Notes: generated from the sequence alone by a model not told the origin. A DNA stretch of 62,978 nucleotides, filler included, from Octopus bimaculoides (GCF_001194135.2; 10 parts of 8 records of this genome joined end to end with filler, not necessarily neighbours in it); one strand, 5' to 3'. Positions 13,145 through 24,753 are shown, counted from the whole stretch's first letter. Translations and numbers: made by a program.

Positions 13145-13736
13145 GGGATCTTTTATAAAACGGGGGCCACATTTTTCATTAATGTTTTACGTAGTGTTTT
13201 TGGTACCGAAAGACTTTCAAACTTCGTATACTTATCTATTTTGTGTTATAGAACAGAAAAATATTTTTGTATTCGAATTTATTTCATGTAAAAAATTGTC
13301 TTATTTCGATAATTTCAACCAATCACTGACGTCCACTCAGCCGATATACATTAAGTGCCGACTACATAAACAAACGATTCTTCGTTTTATTTGCTTTTTT
13401 CATTTTAAATTTGCTTTAACCCTAACCCTAAGCCTAACCCTAACCCTAACCCTAACTCTAACCCTAGGGTTAGGGTTAGGGTTAGAGTTAGGGTTAATTG
13501 TTTCAGAATCGTTTGTTTATGTAGTCGGCACTTAATGTATATCGGCTGAATGGACGTCAGTGATTGGTTGAAATTACAGAAATACGACAACTTTAACATG
13601 GAATAATTTATGGATTTCTTTTTTTTTAAAGAAGACTAAGAGAAAAAGATGTTTTATATGACACATTCTACCAGTGTTCCAAGTTTCAAAGTGTTTCGTT
13701 AATGAAAAATGTGGCCCCCGTTTTAAAAAAGATCCC
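13145..13736. mobile_element. Fold-back MITE with GGG...CCC termini, 6-bp TSD and a central inverted telomere-type repeat
   Basis: Outer IR is GGGATCTTTT.TAAAACGGGGGCCACATTTTTCATTAA at 13145 and its complement ending at 13736. ATTTTA is duplicated on both flanks. The inner 72-bp arms (13310-13381, 13505-13576) differ at 1 base. (TAACCC)n-(GGGTTA)n lies at 13417-13496. Confidence 0.9.
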
Positions 13737-13948
13737 ATTTTAGCAACGAAAGGAAGTTCTATCAACACTTCAGACATTTAATATTCAAATTAGTTGCCAA
13801 GGAATGTTAAATATGCAAATTAGACCATTGGTCCGTCCAGTTTATCTTAGTCCGTTTATAAACAGGACGTTCTTGGTAAACTAAGGGAAGGTGCTGAAAT
13901 GTGAAGCAAATGTATCTCGTCCTTATTTTTCTGTTTACGAAAATATTG

Positions 13949-13989
<41 letters not shown>

Positions 13990-14129
13990 GTCTGTCAGTA
14001 TATATATATATATATATCTGTCTGTCAGTATATATATATAATATAGATTTAATCAAAAAATTAAATGTGTACTTAAAATGTTTGTGGCACCAGAATTTGG
14101 TAGGGTAAAATCCATAAACAAAATCAAGA

Positions 14130-15005
14130 GATTTACCGGGTACCAGGACCCGGCCATCTTCAAAAAATCGGGGAAGCACATGTCCCCTACGGCCACTGGG
14201 ATCCATAAGGTCAATATTGCCTTAGCGCCCTTCCAGTTGACCGCAGGTGACATGTGCACATTAAGGAGTCTGGGTCCACTGTCCCCCAAGCCCCGCCGGA
14301 TGGCCTCTCTGAGCCATCCAGCTTCGGTACCTGGGGGAAATCCGAATACACAGGCTCTCACAATTTTTTTCCCACAATAAGTGGGGAGGAACAAAATCTC
14401 CTCCCCCCTGTAGTGGTTGGCTGGCTGCAATGCCAGCCTCTTCGGGGGAGTCAAACAGCAACCTCACCGTTGCAAATTTGACTCCCCTCGAGACAAAAAA
14501 GTTCTTCGCTGGCAGACAAACCGCCAGTTCCTTTTCGATCGTTTCTTTGTTGAAGAAGGCAACGGCATTGCGTGACTTCGAATAGGTCCGCAAGACCACT
14601 GTCCTCTTCTCCGTCTCTCTCACCCACTGCTTGGGCGGTATAATATCCCACTCCAAGAGAGTGGCCTCCCTGTTCACTTTTTTTTCCATGAAGTTCGAAA
14701 AGTTCACAAATAAATAAATAAAGTTCAAAAAACGAAAACGAAAGAAAAGAAAAACAAAAAACAATAGAAGAAAAAATAAAAAAATAAAAACACAGATCCA
14801 AATAAAAAGATACACAGAAAGGGGAGAAAACACGGTTCAAACACGGAAGAAAACTTCAGCCACTAGGTAATCCGGGCTTCTTCCAAAAGGTACTTCGATT
14901 CAAGGTACTCCGCTGCTTTTTCGGCAAAAAATTCCCACACAAAATATTTTTACTGTTGTGGTGGAGCGAACACTCGAACCACAAACAGCAAACACACAAT
15001 TCGTT
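14130..15005 (-). mobile_element. 5' UTR plus ORF1 fragment of an L1/Tx1-type LINE
   Basis: ATG at 14689 gives MEKKVNREATLLEW...FDSPEEA, then a frameshift in a C-run near 14405, then FLPTYCGKKIVRACVFGFPPG...CFPDFLKMAGSWYPV. This resembles the Tx1/L1 ORF1 RRM region and is truncated before the zinc knuckle. Confidence 0.6.
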
Positions 15006-15014
15006 CTCAAAATT

Positions 15015-15217
15015 TTCCATCGCTTACGATGTCCAGAGGGTTCCAGTTGATCCGATCAACGGAACAGCCTGCTCGTGAAATTAACGTGCAAGTGGATGAG
15101 CACTCCACAGACACGCGCACCCTTAACGTAGTTCTCGGGGATATTCAGCGTGACACAGTGACAAGGCTGACCCTTTGAATTACAGGCACAACAGAAACAA
15201 GAAGAAAGAGTGAGAGA
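15015..15217 (-). mobile_element. SINE family C 3' fragment
   Basis: Near-identical to 19680-19975 (GAGGGTTCCAGTTGATCCGATCAA...CGTGAAATTAACGTGCAAG). Confidence 0.85.
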
Positions 15218-15792
15218 ANNNNNNNNNNNNNNNNNNNNNNNNNNNNNNNNNNNNNNNNNNNNNNNNNNNNNNNNNNNNNNNNNNNNNNNNNNNNNNNNNN
15301 NNNNNNNNNNNNNNNNNNNNNNNNNNNNNNNNNNNNNNNNNNNNNNNNNNNNNNNNNNNNNNNNNNNNNNNNNNNNNNNNNNNNNNNNNNNNNNNNNNNN
15401 NNNNNNNNNNNNNNNNNNNNNNNNNNNNNNNNNNNNNNNNNNNNNNNNNNNNNNNNNNNNNNNNNNNNNNNNNNNNNNNNNNNNNNNNNNNNNNNNNNNN
15501 NNNNNNNNNNNNNNNNNNNNNNNNNNNNNNNNNNNNNNNNNNNNNNNNNNNNNNNNNNNNNNNNNNNNNNNNNNNNNNNNNNNNNNNNNNNNNNNNNNNN
15601 NNNNNNNNNNNNNNNNNNNNNNNNAAACAACAAATTACTGCTCAGATGAGTAACAAAACCGATTTACCTTGGCGAGTTCTTCAACTTTTTCTTTTTTAAA
15701 AATTTAATTGGCCAGAGCCGAAAGACTGATGTCCACTTCGTCTGACTTCTGGAAGACAACTAGCTCTCCTGTCAGGGAAGCACGCTTCTTGT

Positions 15793-16017
15793 TTCTTTAT
15801 TGCCCACAAGGAGCTAAACATAGAGTGGACAAACAAGGTCAGACAAAGGGATTAAGTCGATTACATCGACCCAAGTGCGTAACTGGTACTTAATTTATCG
15901 ACACCGAAAGGATGAAAGGCAAAGTTGACCTCGGCGGAATTTGAACTCAGAACGTAACGGCAGACGAAATACCGCTGAGCATTTCGCCCGGCATGCTAAC
16001 GATTCTGCCAGCACGCT
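15793..16017 (-). mobile_element. SINE family A, full-length
   Basis: Reverse complement of the family A head and body, with the TTTGTCC...GCAATAAAGAA 3' variant shared with 51922. Confidence 0.88.
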
Positions 16018-16415
16018 TCTTACCACACAGCCACACCAGCGCCTATATGTGAAGTTATGGATTTTTCTTCATTTCTACCAATTTTTACAGGAATTTCAAT
16101 CTGAAATTATTAAAGTGTCTGTAACAGACGGTTTGTAAATTGTGAATATAAATTTATTTTAATGCTATATGACATGCTTCAATTTATAATTGTTAAACAA
16201 GCAGATATTTCTAAAAGCTTTCTGTCTCTTAAGCTATGCGAATGTGTATATGTCTGTATACGCCTGTGTGTGTATGTGTATGAACATAAATAATATACAT
16301 ATATTCATACACATACATTTACATGCATATATAAATGTGTGTGTATGTGATTGTGTATGTATATATATTCGTACACGTATGTAGGTAAATAAATAGATAT
16401 ATACATACATGCACA

Positions 16416-16456
<41 letters not shown>

Positions 16457-17259
16457 GCATACATACATACATACTTATGCACATAAAAACATACGTGCAT
16501 GTGTTTATATAAATAGATAGATAGATAAAAAGATAGATACACACGCAGACATATATTCATATATACATATGTATGGAGGTATGTATGTAGGTAAATTAGC
16601 TATACACCTGTCTGTTATACCACTTGCCAATTTGATCTACTCTACAGCTAAACTCTCACAAAAAGCAAAAATGTATAGTTGTTCAAATACTTTACAGCTG
16701 TAACATACTCTACATCATAAATTATTGTGTAGACTTTAGGAATGCAAAATATATCACCCAAAACGGATGGTCATATAATTATATTGGAGAGGTAGACGCC
16801 CTTACACGTTCACGAGACTTTAAAAAATAAACACGTGGAGCTCAACCAATCTGCTGTTCAATGCATATACATGTCTTATAAACTAACATGGCGAGCTAGC
16901 TTAAAACTAGGCAGCAGGCTGAGAGCCAATGACGAGCATTGATCGAATCACTGGTGATCTGGCTATGCCTCGCATGCTATAGAGAGCTTGCTTCCCTTGT
17001 CAGTCATAAGATAAGTGCTTTCGTGTGGATAAGAGTTGTTTGAACTCTTATCTCTAGCAATGCTGGTGCTAACTAGTACCGTTAGTCACTTTACTGACTT
17101 TTCTTTCTCTCTTTATATATATATATAAATATGTATACATGTATACATGAAAACTTATCAGTTCGAATGTGCTTGAAATCTATTCGAAACAGCTGTAAGA
17201 AAGCCATCCGCAGTATCTTCGACATGGACAAAATTGCTCTCTCACTCTTTCTCTCTCTC

Positions 17260-17315
<56 letters not shown>

Positions 17316-17333
17316 GATTATCCTCTGTATTAT

Positions 17334-17475
17334 ACTTGCTTCAGTCATTACGTTGTGGTCATGCTAGGGCTTCGCCTTGAAGAAATTATACTCGAATCGA
17401 CCCCAGTTATATTTTGTAAGTCCGGGACTTATTCTATCAGCTTATTTTACCAAATTACGAAAACTTGAACACACC
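17334..17475 (-). mobile_element. SINE family B 3' fragment
   Basis: Reverse complement matches the GGGGTCGAT...CTTCAAGGCG...CAGCATGGCC...AATGACTGAA 3' end. Confidence 0.6.
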
Positions 17476-17702
17476 AGCATATGGCTGTCTACTCGTGGCC
17501 GACGAAGAGCGTCAATGTCCATTGCATCCGGGGTCTTCTTCACTCGGTCTTACGCCCGCTCGATGTGGCATTGGAAACTCGCCTAACCGGTGATCATGCT
17601 GCTTAAAATTATAGGTTCAATAAGGCGTGCACAAATATACATACATACATAGTTATGTACGTTCAAGTATACATACACACAGACAGGCAGACAGATATAT
17701 AA

Positions 17703-17765
<63 letters not shown>

Positions 17766-18091
17766 TATATTACCTGCTCCAGCATGGCCACATTTTTAGG
17801 GATGAAACGCATAAAAACAAAGACAAAAAAGAACATATATGCATGTATATGTATATATAAATATATACATATATATATATATACATGCATATATATATAT
17901 ATATATATACATGTATATATATATATATACATGTATATATATATATATACATGCATATATATATATATACATGTATATATATATATATATANNNNNNNNN
18001 NNNNNNNNNNNNNNNNNNNNNNNNNNNNNNNNNNNTTAATTAATTAANNNNNNNNNNNNNNNNNNNNNNNNNNNNNNNNNNNNNNNNNNNN

Positions 18092-18360
18092 ACCAGTTGA
18101 AGACACACGAGATGTCGAAATATCGTTCACCAGATAACAAATGGCACTCTTCTTTTAATTGTGACTCTATATCTTCAGGAGGAGTTACCTCAATCCTTTC
18201 TATATTAACCAAAATGAAGTAGATTGAAAAAATTTATTTTTTGAACCAGTTGAAGACACACGAGATGTCGAAATATCGTTCACCAGATAACAAATGGCAC
18301 TCTTCTTTTAATTTTGACTCTATATCTTCAGGAGGAGTTACCTCAATCCTTTCTATATTA
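18092..18360. repeat. 153-bp near-perfect tandem repeat (at least 1.75 units, runs into a gap)
   Basis: ACCAGTTGAAGACACACGAG starts at 18092 and 18245; 1 visible difference in about 116 bp. Confidence 0.9.
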
Positions 18361-18375
18361 TTATTATTATTATTA

Positions 18376-18735
18376 TTATTACACCCTAGGTATCGTTTTC
18401 AGTTGTTTTTGTTTGTCCGTCGACAAGATATCTCAAGAACCGCTGGATGGATTCGGATGAAGCTTTCAGGGATGTTTGGTCTCGTGACTGTATCGTGATA
18501 TTTGGTCTCGATTTTGGGATCGATCCGGATTATTTTTCCTGTTTTTTTTTTTTTTTTACTTAATCTTTGAGAGTGGTCAGGTTCATTTTTAGTATTCTTG
18601 TTTGTGAGAGCAGTCGAGATTATTTCAGATATTCTCATTNNNNNNNNNNCAGATATTCTCATTTTAAAAAATCATCTCTTGAGAAGACGTTGGTGTTGCC
18701 ATGGCGGACGTTTGCGCTCTCTGAGTGCACTTGTT
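18376..18735 (+). mobile_element. Helentron-associated non-autonomous element (HINE/DINE-1-like)
   Basis: Starts TTATTAC..., then GTTTGTCCGTC...GATATCTCAAGAACCGCTGGATGGATTCGGATGAAGCTTTCAGG, a subterminal GGCGGA motif, and a 3' hairpin GCGCTC-TCT-GAGTGC (18714-18728) followed by TT. The layout matches known HINEs. Confidence 0.6.
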
Positions 18736-18736
18736 A

Positions 18737-18770
<34 letters not shown>

Positions 18771-19034
18771 CATCATCATTATAGTCTGTAGATTGAAGGG
18801 GAATAATGTGGTGAGGATACTTGCTCCAATGATCGGGACGAGCGTGTTTTTTGCGGCGTCTCCACGAGCAGCCCCAGGTCTCCCTTTTTTAGGAAATTGT
18901 TCATTGTTAAAATTTATTGTCCTCCTTTTTATCTTTTACTGTTTACACGATTCAGTTTCTGTATTCGCACATTGTACGTACTGTCCTGTAGAATTCCCAA
19001 TATTTTTTTGTGAACCATAAGTGGTAAATAAATA

Positions 19035-19099
<65 letters not shown>

Positions 19100-19234
19100 A
19101 TGGTGGTGCTTGTGGTCGTGTTAGCAACTTTGAAATATTGTATGCCCTTGCCGTATGTTATATATGAATGTAAATACTGTGTATATGATTGATGCGCAGA
19201 AATGTTTTATGATATTTAAATTTATATTATTACA

Positions 19235-19662
19235 GCAAACATGGTTGTGTGATAGGACGTTTACTTCGCAACCATGTCATTCCGGGTTCATTCTCACTTT
19301 GGCAAGTGGTCTTCTACTATAGTTTCGGGTCAACCAAAGCCTTGTGAGTAGATTTAGTAGACTTAGTTGGGAAGCCTGGAGTATATGTTTGTGCATGTGT
19401 ATGTGCGTGTGTGTGTGTGTATGTGCGTGTGTGTGTGTGTATGTCTGTGTGTGCGTCCTTGCGTCTGTGTTTGTCCTCCACCACTGTTTCATAACAGGTA
19501 TTAGTGCGTTACATACCTGTGACATAGCGGTTCGGTAAAAAAGCTCGATAAAATAAGAACCAGGCTTTAAAACATTAGGTACTGGTGTCGATATTTTCGA
19601 ATAAAATTCTTCAAGGCGGCACTCCAGCATGGCCGCATTCTAATGACTGAAATATTGAAAAA
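19235..19662 (+). mobile_element. SINE family B (CORE-like CTTTGGCAAGTG motif), near full-length
   Basis: tRNA-like head, internal (TG)n, and 3' GGCGGCACTCCAGCATGGCCGCA...AATGACTGAAA. Confidence 0.85.
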
Positions 19663-19667
19663 TATTC

Positions 19668-20127
19668 TTGTTGTTGGCACTCCGCCGCTTACGACGTCGA
19701 GGGTTCCAGTTGATCCGATCAATGGAATAAATAGCCTGCTCGTGAAATTAACGTGCAAGTGGTTGAGCACTCCACAGACGCGTGTGCCCTTAACGTAGTT
19801 CTCGGAGATATTCAGCGTGACACAGTGTGACAAGGCNNNNNNNNNNTTGAGCACTCCACAGACGCGTGTGCCCTTAACGTAGTTCTCGGAGATATTCAGC
19901 GTGACACAGTGTGACAAGGCTGACCCTTTGAAATACAGGTACAACAGAAACAGGAAGAAAGAGTGAGAGAAAGAGTACAGCAGGGTTCGCCACCATCCCC
20001 TGCCGGAGCCTCCTGGGGCTTTAGGTGTTTTCGCTCAATAAACACTCACAACACCCGGTCTGGAATCGAAATCGCGATCCTATGACCGCGAGTCCGCTGC
20101 CCTAACCGCTGGGCCATTGCACCTCCA
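19668..20127 (-). mobile_element. tRNA-derived SINE family C, full-length, tail-to-tail with family B
   Basis: Minus-strand head TGGAGGTGCAATGGCCCAGCGGTTAGG...GATTTCGATTCC (A and B boxes) and a (CAA)n tail. The internal 74-bp duplication across the 10-N gap is an artefact. Confidence 0.85.
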
Positions 20128-20334
20128 CTTTGAAAAATATATATAAGTTCAAATTTACGCTGTATTCTGCATAAACGGATTGATTCTCTCTTTATAGAGA
20201 CTAAAAGAATTAAATGAATAAGGTGTGTGATTGGGTTTTGTTTTATTTATAGAAGGGAAGTCATCGCTTCCTTCAGGTGAGCCACGTACAAAAAACCGTT
20301 CGCTTGATATTACAGGCCAGGCCAAGACAAGACA

Positions 20335-20540
20335 GAGAGCTGGCAGAATCGTTAGCATGCCGGGCAAAATGCTAAGCAGCATTTCGTCCGTCTTCCCGTT
20401 CTGAGTTCAAGGTCCGCCGAGGTCGACTTTGCCTTTCATCCTTTCAGAGTCGATAAAATAAGTACTAGTTGAATATTGGGATCGATATGATTGACCTGTC
20501 CCCTATCCGAAATTTGTGGCCTTGTGTCAAAATTGGAGAG
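20335..20540 (+). mobile_element. SINE family A
   Basis: GAGCTGGCAGAATCGTTAGC...GAGTTCAAGGTCC...GCCTTTCATCCTTTC. Confidence 0.88.
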
Positions 20541-21517
20541 CAATATTTGACGCTAGGCCCCTCTAAAAACTAAAAATGTACAAACACATTTCGTAGACAA
20601 AAATATTTTAATTCCAATAGAAAATATTAACTATAACCACGAAGAAAAGGGAAACTTTTTGAATAGATATTTAACTTGCTTACATTCACCGCTAAACGCT
20701 AGAAGATAAGTGAACGAGTGAAAAAAATCAACAAAAACATTCTGAAAAACTGTTTCTATCGAGACGTTTTAAAAGAAGAAATTAACGAGACTCTTCTGAA
20801 CAATGGCACTTCTGTGTATAATTCTAGCGACAGAACCATCACTACTTTTAACACATTCATTTCTAAAATACAGTTAGATTCCAATAATGTCATTTTAAAA
20901 AGTAAGATAAAAAAAAATAACTCCTGAAATAATTAAAAGTTGAATATATTTGAATCAGACAAATAGAAATAATGAATAACCTGCTTTTTCTTTTCTTTTC
21001 TTTAAATTGGAAGCGGTTTTGTACATATCGCGTGTCTACGTGGACGCGATCGAAGAAGTAGCAGCAGTGATATAACACCGATTAAAGAGGAAACTGGCAT
21101 GTTTCTGCTTCTCTAAAGAAGTGAAGACGTCCTCAGTACGCCTTCAAAATGTAAATAAAGAAAGCTTTGCCTGATATAGGGGTTGATGTAGCCATCGATT
21201 ACTGAAGGGTATCTGGAATGTTCTGCTCATTTTTCAATACCTATGATAACGTAGGGTGATATTAGTGCACCGAGCCACCGACCATATCTTTATAAAGCAG
21301 TGTGTATTCCGGTGCAGAAAAAAGACAGGCAGGGTAAGAAGAAGTGTGGCGAACAAGCTTCAAAGGCGGTTGTTTTGACGGCACCACCAGTCAAAGCACC
21401 GATCGGAGCTCTAAGAATGGTTGACATTTGGACACAGTAGTTTTACAATGATAAGTAAAAACAGATTTCACAGCTTGGCGTTTGCTGCCAAAGAGACAGA
21501 GATTCTCCACAATTTCA

Positions 21518-21635
21518 AAGTCAATGGCCGGCGAAGTCAATCATCGAAGAAATCAATCATCGAAGAAGCCAATCATCGAAAAAGTCAATCATCGAAGAAG
21601 TCAATCATCGAAGAAGTCATTCGCCGGCGAAGTCA
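21518..21635. repeat. 16-bp minisatellite AAGTCAATCATCGAAG, 7+ units
   Basis: Five central units are flanked by two GCCGGCG variant units. Confidence 0.9.
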
Positions 21636-22555
21636 CACATTTTATACCAGAATCTTCAAGAGGGAACTTACCCATTTATGCTTCCAATCGAATGACACTA
21701 AGTTCCATATGCCCCAAAAACTGCAACGAGAACACACATCATCTGAAGTATAACTTCTGATATAAAACCCAAAGCAGAATAACTAATCTAAACATAATTA
21801 CTGTTCACATATGCCCTGACGGAAAATGGTGTTCTCTTAAATTATAACTTCTTTAGCTGTATTAGTTTTTACTGCAAGGATTGGATTGACGATAAAATAT
21901 TGGGTTTCCTATTCCTAATCCTTCTCTAAGTATCCTTATCAGAGAGCCCACTATTTCTACGCGCCTCATAAAAGCATCTTCAATAAAAGCATCTTCATCG
22001 GAAAATAACAAAAATACCCCTTTTACTAATATTGTCAGCCACGTTCTTCATATTATCAGGTGGTTGATTTGACTGTTTGTATATATGTATATATACTAAC
22101 TTCTCATTTGTTTTGAGGTATAGTCTGACACTATCATTGTCCAGTCTTAACGTTGCGTCAAGAAAATTTATATGTGTATATATACATCTATAAAAATATA
22201 GAGAGAAAGGGACCTAGAGATAAATAGACAGACAGACATATACATATATCGTTGAAGCCTTTAAGTAACAAAACCCTTTCTAATCTTTAAACATACTACT
22301 AATTTATACTCAGTCGTTAGTATAATCTCGCATCTAAACTGTAATTTCTCACTTCTTTTCAATTTTCGTCCAATTTTTATATGGTTACGTCATCAAGTTA
22401 AAACCCCTTCACGTTGCTCTCGTCCTAAGATTCAACTAAATTGATTAATTAAAATTATTTATCTCGTCTTAAGATGCCAATTTTCAGATACACTTCATTA
22501 AATTGTTTCTTGCTTTTTGTCTTCAGAATATGCTTTAGATTTTAATCTTCAGTCC

Positions 22556-22606
<51 letters not shown>

Positions 22607-23541
22607 ATATAAATATGTTTATATATATATATATANNNNNNNNNNNNNNNNNNNNNNNNNNNNNNNNNNNNNNNNNNNNNNNNNNNNNNNNNNNNNNNNN
22701 NNNNNNNNNNNNNNNNNNNNNNNNNNNNNNNNNNNNNNNNNNNNNNNNNNNNNNNNNNNNNNNNNNNNNNNNNNNNNNNNNNNNNNNNNNNNNNNNNNNN
22801 NNNNNNNNNNNNNNNNNNNNNNNNNNNNNNNNNNNNNNNNNNNNNNNNNNNNNNNNNNNNNNNNNNNNNNNNNNNNNNNNNNNNNNNNNNNNNNNNNNNN
22901 NNNNNNNNNNNNNNNNNNNNNNNNNNNNNNNNNNNNNNNNNNNNNNNNNNNNNNNNNNNNNNNNNNNNNNNNNNNNNNNNNNNNNNNNNNNNNNNNNNNN
23001 NNNNNNNNNNNNNNNNNNNNNNNNNNNNNNNNNNNNNNNNNNNNNNNNNNNNNNNNNNNNNNNNNNNNNNNNNNNNNNNNNNNNNNNNNNNNNNNNNNNN
23101 NNNNNNNNNNNNNNNNNNNNNNNNNNNNNNNNNNNNNNNNNNNNNNNNNNNNNNNNNNNNNNNNNNNNNNNNNNNNNNNNNNNNNNNNNNNNNNNNNNNN
23201 NNNNNNNNNNNNNNNNNNNNNNNNNNNNNNNNNNNNNNNNNNNNNNNNNNNNNNNNNNNNNNNNNNNNNNNNNNNNNNNNNNNNNNNNNNNNNNNNNNNN
23301 NNNNNNNNNNNNNNNNNNNNNNNNNNNNNNNNNNNNNNNNNNNNNNNNNNNNNNNNNNNNNNNNNNNNNNNNNNNNNNNNNNNNNNNNNNNNNNNNNNNN
23401 NNNNNNNNNNNNNNNNNNNNNNNNNNNNNNNNNNNNNNNNNNNNNNNNNNNNNNNNNNNNNNNNNNNNNNNNNNNNNNNNNNNNNNNNNNNNNNNNNNNN
23501 NNNNNNNNNNNNNNNNNNNNNNNNNNNNNNNNNNNNNNNNN

Positions 23542-23573
<32 letters not shown>

Positions 23574-23598
23574 GTATCTATGTATGCATATATATATG

Positions 23599-23629
<31 letters not shown>

Positions 23630-23689
23630 GTATGTACATGTATATCATGAAGTATATTTGCCACCTAAATGTGGATGACTCATATGGGA

Positions 23690-23875
23690 CGATGCTACTG
23701 TAGATTATAGCCCTAGGAAGACATTTCCTCCAGTTGGCTAATGACACACTGTCTGTGCCCTATCAGTATTTTCAAAAGGGAAATCATTGTTCCCATCCCT
23801 AGCTTGAAGTGATATACACGGACCTGGGTTTCTGAATAGTAACCAGTCATCAGCGTGTGACAATCATCGGCTTGG
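23690..23875 (-). mobile_element. HHR-bearing dispersed repeat (family E)
   Basis: Reverse complement aligns with 31481-31665 (ATTCAGAAACC.AGGTC.GTG..TATCAC...ATGGGA...ATGAT.TCCCTT). Confidence 0.8.
23816..23858 (-). ncRNA. Type I hammerhead ribozyme motif
   Basis: ACACG-CUGAUGA-C-UGGUUACUAUUCA-GAAA-CCCAGG-UC-CGUGU: 5-bp helix I, intact core, GUC site, weak helix II. Confidence 0.75.
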
Positions 23876-24004
23876 GATGAGAATTGATATTTCCGATGTA
23901 AATATATATTTTTCCAGCAAAATCTCGATAATCTCGAAAAAGAAGAAACAAGCAATAATAAATCTCTGAGCGAGATATAAACAGTAGCAGCACGACATCG
24001 CGAA

Positions 24005-24040
<36 letters not shown>

Positions 24041-24102
24041 TCGAAACATGTGTCGGAAGTAAAAGAATTTGAATAACGCCTTTTACAAATAACTCCATTT
24101 AT

Positions 24103-24620
24103 ATCATCATCATCATCGTCGTTTAACGTCCGCTTTCCGTGCTAGCATGGGTTGGACGATTTGACTGAGGACTGGCGGACCAGGAGGCGACACCCGGCTC
24201 CAATCTGATTTGGCAGGATTTCTACAGCTAGATGGCCTTCCTAACGACAACCACTCTGAGAGTGTAGTGGGTGCTTTTACGTGCCACCGGCACGAGGGCC
24301 ATTTAGGCGGGTACTGGCAACGGCCACGCTCGAAATCGTGTACTTTACGTTCCTCCTGCACGGGAGCCAGTCCATCGGCACTGGCAACGATCTCGCTCAG
24401 ATGTCTTACCGGCAACGATCACTTTCGCTTGCCCCAACAGGTCTTCGCAAGCGAAGTTTAGTGTTTCTACAAATTTAGTTCGATTTCGATTTCACTTGCC
24501 TCACCATGTCTTCGCAAGTGGAATTTAGTGTCCAATGAAGGAATGTTACACGTAAGTGGGCTGGCTACACCCCTGGCAAAGGCCTTGGATTTTGGTCTCA
24601 CTTGGCCTGCCGGGTCTTAT
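24103..24620 (-). mobile_element. SINE-like family D with (GAT)n tail
   Basis: Tail end CATCATCGT...TTAACGTCCGCTTTCC..GCTAGCATGGGTTGGACG; homologous to 24754-25046, 39905-40055 and 57925-58062. Confidence 0.8.
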
Positions 24621-24753
24621 ATATATGTGTGTGTATATATATATATATATATANNNNNNNNNNNNNNNNNNNNNNNNNNNNNNNNNNNNNNNNNNNNTTA
24701 ATTAATTAANNNNNNNNNNNNNNNNNNNNNNNNNNNNNNNNNNNNNNNNNNNN

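Noticed and set aside
13417-13496. Ancient telomere-telomere fusion site
   Set aside because: A fusion gives (TTAGGG)n-(CCCTAA)n. Here the order is reversed and lies inside a TIR element with a TSD.
18795-19030. Possible L1/Tx1 3' ends (also 60750-61085 ending GTGGCCAATAAA)
   Set aside because: Only a T-rich UTR-like look and a poly(A)-signal-like end; no recognisable ORF2 motif.
19763-19920. Perfect direct duplications at 19763-19920, 18630-18662 and 61430-61925
   Set aside because: Each straddles a 10-N gap, which is typical of unmerged overlapping contig ends.
20055-20127. tRNA gene (also the heads at 43690-43754 and 57307-57372)
   Set aside because: A and B boxes run straight into SINE bodies and no proper acceptor stem is evident; these are SINE heads.
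21030-21470. Mutator-like transposase remnant
   Set aside because: Only vague resemblance across several frames with stops; not supportable without a profile search.
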